A stretch of DNA of 64,000 nucleotides, taken from the IMG/VR virus record IMGVR_UViG_3300027244_000003, one strand, 5' to 3'. How positions within the stretch are numbered: the first letter of the stretch is position 1; every line of letters starts with the position of its first letter. The notes below the pieces were generated by a model. The model did not search any database. It was given only the letters and a program-made list of their open reading frames with translations, and was not told the DNA's origin. Both the position numbers and the translations under genes were made by a program. Below are positions 56,787-64,000 of this stretch, one piece after another. Source of the DNA: a virus.

Positions 56787-57435
56787 TGATTTCTTTCCAG
56801 AAGGACAGTTCAAAGAACTACAGACAAAAATCCTTAGTCAGAGCATGCCATGGTACTACATATCGAATATATCAGTACCACCATATCTAATGGTGAATGA
56901 TCCTCTGGCTATTGAATCATCTGCAGTCCAGACTAAATTATATGATAGACAATTAAATGTAGAAACAGAAGAGTATGTTAATCTGAAGCAATATTTCACT
57001 TACATGATGCATAAACTTGGTTATACGAATGATAATTTATTAAGAATCCGAGCAGTCACAACATGGCCACAGAAAGGCATTACTGCAGAGAATTATAACA
57101 TACCACATGTGGATCAGCCTAGTCCTCACAAATCGATAGTTTTCTATTTAAATGATGCTGATGGAGACACAAGGTTATTCCATCAAAAACAGAAAGTGCT
57201 CCCATCATCAGTCAAAAGATTAGACGATGATGCTTCTGATGAGGAGAAAGAAGAATATGCATCTTTCTTTATTCGAAGTGGTTTTACTGTTGAGCACACA
57301 GTGACACCAAAAGCCAATCGTCTATTAATATTCGATGGATTACAATATCATACATCTGGTCATCCAATCGACTGTGAAAGACGAGTGATTTTTAACATTA
57401 ACATAGGTGAAACAACTCAAAGAGTTTATGATTAA
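56773..57435 (+). CDS. 2OG-Fe(II) oxygenase (paralog of 56199)
   Basis: PHVD, FYLNDADGDT, PKANR..IFDG..YH, RRVIFN. Confidence 0.75.
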   Translation: MQVIDDFFPEGQFKELQTKILSQSMPWYYISNISVPPYLMVNDPLAIESSAVQTKLYDRQLNVETEEYVNLKQYFTYMMHKLGYTNDNLLRIRAVTTWPQKGITAENYNIPHVDQPSPHKSIVFYLNDADGDTRLFHQKQKVLPSSVKRLDDDASDEEKEEYASFFIRSGFTVEHTVTPKANRLLIFDGLQYHTSGHPIDCERRVIFNINIGETTQRVYD

Positions 57436-57925
57436 TGTAACAAATAATTTTCTGATAGATGATGAAAGTCAATCAATATGTTCAATTGATGTTACAACCT
57501 ATGGTAAACGAGTTTGGGATGTGCAAGAACAATGTAGTGATGTTAAGGTTAAAAGATCAAACATCAAACCATTTGTAGTAGAATTGATCAATAAACATAA
57601 CATACCTTACTCTTGTGCTGTTGAACTATTAAAATATCCAATGCATGCTATGTCGAGTCCACATCAAGATGTAAAAGGATCGCACTTTGATTCTTCCAGC
57701 AATCATAGGATAGCTGAGTGGAGTAAAACAGGTATTGTGCTACTCAATGATGATTTCGAAGGTGGTGATTTATATTTCCCTAATCTTGGAGTCACATTCA
57801 ACAAAGAATATAAAAATTGTTTAATCGAGTTTCCAGCTGGAGAGAACGAACTTTATACACATGGAGTTACACCAGTTACATTAGGTACAAGATATACTTT
57901 AATTTTTAGATGGGAGAAACTATGA
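57428..57925 (+). CDS. 2OG-Fe(II) oxygenase (prolyl-4-hydroxylase-like)
   Basis: PHQD, LNDDFEGGDL.F, HGV.PV..GTRY. Confidence 0.75.
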   Translation: MINVTNNFLIDDESQSICSIDVTTYGKRVWDVQEQCSDVKVKRSNIKPFVVELINKHNIPYSCAVELLKYPMHAMSSPHQDVKGSHFDSSSNHRIAEWSKTGIVLLNDDFEGGDLYFPNLGVTFNKEYKNCLIEFPAGENELYTHGVTPVTLGTRYTLIFRWEKL

Positions 57926-58335
57926 TTGATTGCATGGTTGTTGGAGATTCAATAGCAGTTGGAGTTGCAATGTATCGCCCAGAGTGCGTGAGTTATTCAC
58001 GTGGTGGATGGAATAGTTGGCAGTGGAACAAAGATTATCTTGGAATGGCATCAACCAAGCAGACAAAGACCACAATCATATCACTTGGTGCCAACGATCA
58101 TCCAGGAGTGAAGACTGAAGCTGAATTACGTAAAATGCGTGCGCAATTGCTCACTGAGCGAGTATATTGGATCAGTCCTGGGATGGAGAGAAAACCGAAA
58201 CAACAAGAAGCCATTGAGAAGATTGCGAAAGAATACGGAGACGTAGTCTTACCTAGACCAGAGAAACAGATGAGTCCCGATGGAGTCCACCCGAATCCCG
58301 CTGGATATAAAACGCTGGCAAGCCAGACCAAATAA
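57922..58335 (+). CDS. SGNH/GDSL hydrolase
   Basis: GDSIA, LGAND, DGVHP...GY. Confidence 0.8.
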   Translation: MIDCMVVGDSIAVGVAMYRPECVSYSRGGWNSWQWNKDYLGMASTKQTKTTIISLGANDHPGVKTEAELRKMRAQLLTERVYWISPGMERKPKQQEAIEKIAKEYGDVVLPRPEKQMSPDGVHPNPAGYKTLASQTK

Positions 58336-58387
58336 CCCCACCTAGAGTGGGGTTTTTATTGTCTGTAGTGGAGAGACGAGATATAAT
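58334..58387 (+). promoter_or_regulatory. Palindrome (also terminator-like) plus sigma70 promoter
   Basis: AACCCCAC-N5-GTGGGGTT followed by Ts; TTGTCT-17-TATAAT (58359-87). Confidence 0.65.
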
Positions 58388-58407
58388 CGAATCTTTAAGG
58401 GGAATCT

Positions 58408-58554
58408 ATGTTTGAAGTCACAGACGAGTCGGGTAATACTTTCGTTTTCGAATCTTTCGAAGAAATTTCACACTTTTTTAACGAGTGCGTGTGGGCGGTA
58501 GGGGCTGTAGACGCACAAATCACAGTGAAATTCGCTAATCCCCGCAACGATTGA
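58408..58554 (+). CDS. Small early protein (48 aa, not in ORF track)
   Basis: AAGGGG SD after the promoter; MFEVTDESGNTFVFESFEEI... Confidence 0.5.
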   Translation: MFEVTDESGNTFVFESFEEISHFFNECVWAVGAVDAQITVKFANPRND

Positions 58555-58634
58555 GGGGAATTAATCCCTGTGAAATCAACAACTTACGAGTGGAGAAAAA
58601 AGTGGTTGTCGGTAATGCTGGGCTGGAATAAGAT
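58539..58634 (+). promoter_or_regulatory. Early promoter with degenerate palindrome and IHF consensus
   Basis: TCCCCGCA-N5-TGAGGGGA; AATCAACAACTTA (58574-86); TTGTCG-17-TAAGAT. Confidence 0.6.
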
Positions 58635-58667
58635 TACTCTATCGTTGAAATTATGGAGAAAAGTGAA

Positions 58668-59561
58668 ATGAAAAACGTAACAGCTATCACCTTCGATGGA
58701 ACTAACTACATCGCTAAAGTTGGCACCAAGACTATCAAGTCTTATTCTAAAAAATATGTGGAGCGTCAAGTGACAAAAATGGTCGGTGACATGGATGTGC
58801 ACATCGCTGCAGTGGCTGAAAAGCAGTCTCGTTTCGACATCAATACACGATTCGGTTTCGTGGAAAAGTTGGTGAACATGGTTGCTTCTGGTGTTCAGCC
58901 ATCCGCTGTTATCACTGGTGAAGGTGGTCTCGGCAAAACTTATACCGTAATCAAGACTCTTGAATCCAATGGTCTCAAGGATATCTCTGATCTTGCTGAC
59001 TTCCAAGTTGGTGATGTGCTCAATGCACGCAAGTGTTTCACCATGGTTAAGGGTTACTCCACTGCCAAGGGTTTGTATCGTACCCTGTTCGAGAATCAGA
59101 AATCAGTTATCGTGTTTGATGACTGTGATGCAGTGCTGAAGGATCCAGTTGCCCTAAACCTGCTCAAAGGTGCATTGGATTCTTACGGTAAGCGTATCAT
59201 TTCTTGGAATGCTGACATGAAGGACGACGATCTGCCACGCAGTTTCGAATTTACTGGTCGTGTGATTTTCATCTCCAACATGGATCAAGACAAGATTGAC
59301 CAAGCCATCCGTAGTCGTTCAATGATGATCGACCTGTCGATGAGCACTGATCAAAAGATCGATCGTATGGAATTCATCGCTGGTTTGGCTGAGTTCTTGC
59401 CTGAGTACGATGCAAAGATCAAGTCTGATGCATTGGCTTTGATTCGTGAGATCAAAGACGAAGTGAAAGAAATTTCTCTGCGTACCCTGATCGCTGTGTC
59501 TAAGGTTCGTGCTTCCAACAAAGATTGGAAAGATCTGGCTACTTACATGTTAACTGCTTAA
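58668..59561 (+). CDS. AAA+-like P-loop ATPase
   Basis: GEGGLGKT, IVFDDCD, NLLKGALDS, FISN, AIRSRS. Confidence 0.8.
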   Translation: MKNVTAITFDGTNYIAKVGTKTIKSYSKKYVERQVTKMVGDMDVHIAAVAEKQSRFDINTRFGFVEKLVNMVASGVQPSAVITGEGGLGKTYTVIKTLESNGLKDISDLADFQVGDVLNARKCFTMVKGYSTAKGLYRTLFENQKSVIVFDDCDAVLKDPVALNLLKGALDSYGKRIISWNADMKDDDLPRSFEFTGRVIFISNMDQDKIDQAIRSRSMMIDLSMSTDQKIDRMEFIAGLAEFLPEYDAKIKSDALALIREIKDEVKEISLRTLIAVSKVRASNKDWKDLATYMLTA

Positions 59562-59572
59562 TCGGAGGATTT

Positions 59573-59809
59573 ATGATGACTTACAAAGATGCCCAAGTGG
59601 CAACCGAAATGTTTGACAAGACTCATGGATCGTACTTTGATCGTGGTGCTTCTGATTCTTACTATCATCGTCCACGTGACCCACATCGTGGTGGAGTTGG
59701 TGGTGCTTCTGGTCCAAGAATCGAAGCAACGAATCCAGCAACGATCAATGAGTACAATGCTGGCTATGATTACAATGAGCAGTTTGGTGACAAGAAAGAT
59801 TGGAATTAA
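59573..59809 (+). CDS. Small early hypothetical protein
   Basis: GGAGG SD; HGS.FDRG..DSYY.R..DPH...YNAGY. Confidence 0.65.
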   Translation: MMTYKDAQVATEMFDKTHGSYFDRGASDSYYHRPRDPHRGGVGGASGPRIEATNPATINEYNAGYDYNEQFGDKKDWN

Positions 59810-59810
59810 T

Positions 59811-60041
59811 ATGATTGATAGCCTTGGAAAAGAAGTGGTGTTTGTTCTGCATGAGGTCAACGATGATGGTGAATCCATCCTTGGAGTGTATCGTGAGTAT
59901 GCCGATGCCTTGAAGGATAAGTATAACATAATTCGTGATTATTATGACATTCCCGAAGATGAGGTGGCAGACGAAAATCTCGATGATGAAATCGAACCCA
60001 ATGGTGCTTACTACACCATTTTAAAAAGACAACTACTATGA
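59811..60041 (+). CDS. Small acidic hypothetical protein
   Basis: Coupled ORF; start probably ATG 59811. Confidence 0.55.
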   Translation: MIDSLGKEVVFVLHEVNDDGESILGVYREYADALKDKYNIIRDYYDIPEDEVADENLDDEIEPNGAYYTILKRQLL

Positions 60042-60496
60042 TTAATTGCAAATTGACCACTAGTGAAGACGATGTAAAGATTAAAGCAGTCCTTACTATG
60101 TTAGAGGAAACTGGTCTAATTAAAAAGTATCTTGGAGCATGTACATCTGCTTCCAAGGTGCTTTACTCATTGTTACTTCAGAATGGAATACGTTCCAAAG
60201 TGGTGATTTGCAATGCACTTCTTCGAGTCCACGTACCAGATAAACCGCAACAACTATTACTGATAGGTTTCGCTGAGACTGTTAAACTAGAAGCCCATTT
60301 GGAAGACCTACATGCAGTGGTGATAACCGAAACGAATCCAAGATGGCTAATTGACACCAGTATTGGTCTACACTTACCAACTGAGCACAAGATAATCTGT
60401 GAAGTTGCCGATGAGCATGACATACATCTGGGTAACTATAGCAATCCACTTTACTCGATTACTTACACTAAACGTAAGTTAACCAAGCATGATTGA
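60038..60496 (+). CDS. Transglutaminase/papain-like fold protein (tentative)
   Basis: GAC...LHAVV...WLID Cys-His-Asp spacing. Confidence 0.4.
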   Translation: MINCKLTTSEDDVKIKAVLTMLEETGLIKKYLGACTSASKVLYSLLLQNGIRSKVVICNALLRVHVPDKPQQLLLIGFAETVKLEAHLEDLHAVVITETNPRWLIDTSIGLHLPTEHKIICEVADEHDIHLGNYSNPLYSITYTKRKLTKHD

Positions 60497-62363
60497 ATCA
60501 ATTAAGCGTCTCAAAGCCTATCATGAAGCGATAGAAATTCGTCATATTCAGGACAGGCGAGCACAACGACAACAGGAAATTCGTCAGATAGATATACGTC
60601 TACAAGCCGAAAGAATACGTATAGAAAGAAACAGGGAGTTAAATCAAAATGGTCAAAACATCGATAAACTTGCATAGTAAAATCAAACAAGGTTGCGCTA
60701 TCGCAATCGTTCTCAGTAGTGCCCTAACATTGTACTTTAATTGGGGAAATGACATTGGACTCATGGCCATGGTGGCAATCGTTGGCTGGATGGACAAGGT
60801 GTTTGGTGATGAATAAAATACTAAGTGATATAGCCAAAGAAGCACTAGTGGAGCACTGCATCTCTCATGTAAGACTCCAAGCATTTGCTGAGTTGATTGT
60901 GCGGGAATGTGCTCAAATATGTCAAGACCAGCCTAATCATTATGCTTTGAAAACAGACAGAGATAATTGTGCCGTTGCAATTAAAGAACACTTTGGACTC
61001 GGGAAAGACATGAATCTACTCAACATCGCTGCTGGGGATGCTATCATTGGCGTAGATAAGGAATATAAACTCGCTCCACTGGCAGACGCTGATGCATTTG
61101 CTCATCAACGTAAATATACCTATATCGTAGATGAAGACTCTAGTAATAGCAGGTAATGCGCATGAGGCAAAGTACTGGATCATAAACGATCTGGGGAAGA
61201 AATATCCCACCAATAACTCACTAAGCATGTTGGATTATATCATAGTTAGCAACCCAGACCAACTACGAGGAATGCGAGATCCTACAGGTATATTCGTAGG
61301 AACTTGGAAGCAACGACCAGATATATTCGAATTGCTTAATCGGCTACTGGTGAATATGATCGAGCCAAGCAAGCATAAGATAATCCAAGACTTACTGGTA
61401 GAACATATAATGAAAGAAACCCAATGAAGTACTACACAATCGTTTTTCCTGGAGAATGCGGACAACATGTGCAAGAAACATGGCGCACTGACCAGATCTT
61501 ACAGTCTTACTACACTTATTGGGTAACGAAAATGATCCAAAACAATAATTACTTGGACATATCTGAAGAACGCTGTATAGACGACTGGTGCGTTGTTCAC
61601 TGGGCAATAGAAACTGATGAATGTGGAAACAAAGTATGAACGAAGAAGATTACGATGTAGTAATCGACACACTACAAAAGAAAATCGATGCCCTATGGAA
61701 GATGACTAAGTCTAATATGGATAATGATATGATGAATATTATGGATGATATTCGGTTAAAACAGATAGATGAGTTGAAGAAAGCAATAGAACTATGGTTA
61801 TGGAAGGAAAGAAAATGAACGAAGAATTCATCTATGAAGGTAAACGCTATAGATATGATCCAGACTATGATACCTTTCGTAGAGTGGACGATGAACAAGA
61901 AACAAGACTGTCGAAGTATGGATGGATCGTGCTTGTGGTAATTATTGTTTTGATTCCACTATGGTTATCGTAATGAAAAAAGCCAAGACAGACAAGGGAT
62001 GGGCTGGTCACAAGTTATTCGGTTATACGTATAGCGATAGAGACATAAGAACCAATGAGGACAAGTATCAAGACGCTGTTCTGGATAACCTAGAGAATCG
62101 TGCTAAAAAGTCTAAGAAGAAACAATTAAGGAGAAAGACAAATGTTTTATAAGGATGAATTCGTTGGTAATTGGGAAGATATGATATACGGTGATATCAC
62201 TCAAGCAAAATCACACTTAGAACTAGAAAGTCTTATCAACAAATTGCAGAATAATCTTGGTACATTCTACGAGCACACCGCACCTGATATCATAAAACAA
62301 ACGCATCAAAAACGTCTAGAAGAAGTGTTGTTGTATTATCAGCGTATGGGTGGATCGTGCTAG
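60489..62363 (+). other. Run of small hypothetical early ORFs (60489-60677, ~60809-61156, 61131-61427, 61424-61639, 61636-61818, 62142-62363 and others)
   Basis: Tightly packed, overlapping start/stop + strand ORFs typical of T4-like hypervariable regions. Confidence 0.55.
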
Positions 62364-62420
62364 TGGTTATCGTAGTGGGCAAATTTCGTACTTTACGTGA
62401 TCATAGCCCAGTGAGATACG

Positions 62421-62702
62421 ATGGCGTATAAACCAAAGCCCTGCCCTAAATGCGGCACAGTGCACACCAAGCGTGGCTTATTCTGCTCTCGCTCATGCGG
62501 TAACTCACGTGCGATGCCAGACAAGCAAAAAGCCACGATGTCCAAGGTGAAGAAGGAATGGATGAACACGACTGATGGTGGTGAAGTGGCACGATGGCGC
62601 ATCAACAATCACGATAGTCCTGAGCCGATTGCACCAATGAAATCAATTGATCTTGGTGCTGGAAAATTTGTGGAGGATGGCGACCTGTGGAGCGAAGTGT
62701 GA
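62421..62702 (+). CDS. Small zinc-finger protein
   Basis: CPKC...FCSRSC. Confidence 0.6.
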   Translation: MAYKPKPCPKCGTVHTKRGLFCSRSCGNSRAMPDKQKATMSKVKKEWMNTTDGGEVARWRINNHDSPEPIAPMKSIDLGAGKFVEDGDLWSEV

Positions 62703-62724
62703 TTCTGCAAGTTGCAATTTAAAG

Positions 62725-62873
62725 TTGCCTAGACACTTGACTTAGGGCATAATAACAGTGTTAGGGTTCATCGAGATAACCCTTTGAATAGTATGGTCTA
62801 TTTTCCCTGTAATATCAACAACTTACGAATGGTGCATATAGTGCTTGTCTCTAATGGTGTATGGCTGTAGAAT
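62725..62873 (+). promoter_or_regulatory. Tandem early promoters with degenerate palindrome and IHF consensus
   Basis: TTGCCT-17-CATAAT (62725-53); AACCCTTT-N5-GTATGGTC; TATCAACAACTTA (62813-25); TTGTCT-17-TAGAAT (62845-73). Confidence 0.6.
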
Positions 62874-62904
62874 ATACCTTATGAACTCGAGAAAAGGACT
62901 AGAA

Positions 62905-63162
62905 ATGAAACAGTTGAATGCGTATGTAGCCAAGAAGAATCAGTGGAATGCTATCTTCAAAAGCACTCAGTACTCTTTGGAAAACCCAGTCGATCGCCAG
63001 CGTCTTGCTGATTGCATCGATTCTGACCTCAGCCCTGAAAACCTTACCTGTGATGGTGAACTTCCACGCAGTCAGGTGCAAGCGAAGTATCGTGAACTGA
63101 CCACTGTGGCACGTCAACTCAAGCAGCTGGATCCCTCAGTTAAATTTTACGAATTTGAATAA
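62905..63162 (+). CDS. Early hypothetical protein
   Basis: AAGGA SD; LSPENLTCDGE motif. Confidence 0.65.
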   Translation: MKQLNAYVAKKNQWNAIFKSTQYSLENPVDRQRLADCIDSDLSPENLTCDGELPRSQVQAKYRELTTVARQLKQLDPSVKFYEFE

Positions 63163-63171
63163 GGACTGAAA

Positions 63172-63408
63172 ATGACTGAATTTGAAAAGAACTGCTACGG
63201 AATGACTCAAGAAGCCATTCGTAGTGAATATATGAATTCCATCACTGCTCGCCTGAGTGGTCTGGAAATGGTTGCGATGGGGGTTCTCTCTGATGCGCAA
63301 GAACTGATGACATTTGGTCATGACCAAGCAATCGATCAAGCACGCAAGAACATCAATATTGCCAAATTCATCTTGTCTGAGATGATGGAAGCAAGGATGC
63401 CTGCCTGA
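63172..63408 (+). CDS. Early hypothetical protein
   Basis: AAGGA SD; LSDAQE...AR..INIAK. Confidence 0.65.
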   Translation: MTEFEKNCYGMTQEAIRSEYMNSITARLSGLEMVAMGVLSDAQELMTFGHDQAIDQARKNINIAKFILSEMMEARMPA

Positions 63409-63619
63409 GAGGGGTTCCACTCTAGGGAGGGGTTCTCTAGAGGGGTATCTCTATACACTACAGTATAGGACTATATTATGATTAGAGTGATTGTTGGTTT
63501 GTTTATTGTGTTTGGTGCTGTTGGTGGCATGGACAATGCTACAGATAGTGAATTGTTACCACTGTTGGCACTTGCTGTGCTTGGATTGACATCGATGTAC
63601 TACGGAGTAAGGAAAATCA

Positions 63620-63835
63620 ATGGCTAAGATACGTGTGATTGTTAATGGTGTTTCCTACAAGACCACCACGACTGCGATCAAGAATCGTAGTAGCAGTGAT
63701 TTTACTATGCAAAATGATGCATTGTTCTATGTGTTAGAGTGTATGGGCAATCATGCTGGATTTGGCACGACTGTTAGATATTACGACTATAAAATGGTAC
63801 AACACAAGTATGATGTGCAGCTAACACGACTGTGA
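63620..63835 (+). CDS. Small hypothetical protein
   Basis: AAGGA SD. Confidence 0.55.
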   Translation: MAKIRVIVNGVSYKTTTTAIKNRSSSDFTMQNDALFYVLECMGNHAGFGTTVRYYDYKMVQHKYDVQLTRL

Positions 63836-64000
63836 GAGGAGGGGTATCCCTTTTGCAAAATCTGTATTTGCAAGGGACTCCTACTCATCCCGAGAGCGCA
63901 ATCTAGCCCCACCCTATAATATTATCATTCGTTACTATGACAACTGTAATCCTTTTCCTAATCGCTATGACACTAATCTTCACAGGAAGTTATTGGTGGG

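Noticed and set aside
335-63420. Minus-strand and nested alternative-frame ORFs
   Set aside because: They shadow well-supported + strand genes and show no motifs or independent expression signals.

Overview
64 kb of a large, AT-rich T4-like (Tevenvirinae-like) myophage genome with essentially all genes on the + strand. The likely host is a betaproteobacterium, inferred from a Bug/TctC protein and proteobacterial-type IscU/IscA/ErpA. In order: uvsX-gp40-gp41; a DNA base-hypermodification cassette (TET/JBP dioxygenase, class II amidotransferase, GNAT, aGPT-pyrophosphorylase, P-loop kinase); a late cluster of His-rich probable internal-head proteins with Dps; spanins; primase, thyX, nrdAB; membrane and auxiliary metabolic genes (nuclease, isc genes, PlcP-like phosphoesterase plus GT2); early genes with RNase H and dCMP deaminase; a Bug/di-iron/GATase block; an array of 28 tRNAs covering all 20 amino acids, interleaved with several unassigned structured RNAs; a run of 2OG-Fe(II) oxygenases with an amidinotransferase; and small early genes. 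The most striking feature lies just upstream of the tRNA array. A probably leaderless 41-codon peptide containing all 20 amino acids (33 distinct codons) ends inside an antiterminator that is mutually exclusive with an intrinsic terminator, and an rrn-type boxA follows. This looks like a ribosome-coupled attenuator that would switch on phage tRNA synthesis when almost any host tRNA is depleted. All calls come from reading motifs by eye; no searches were run.
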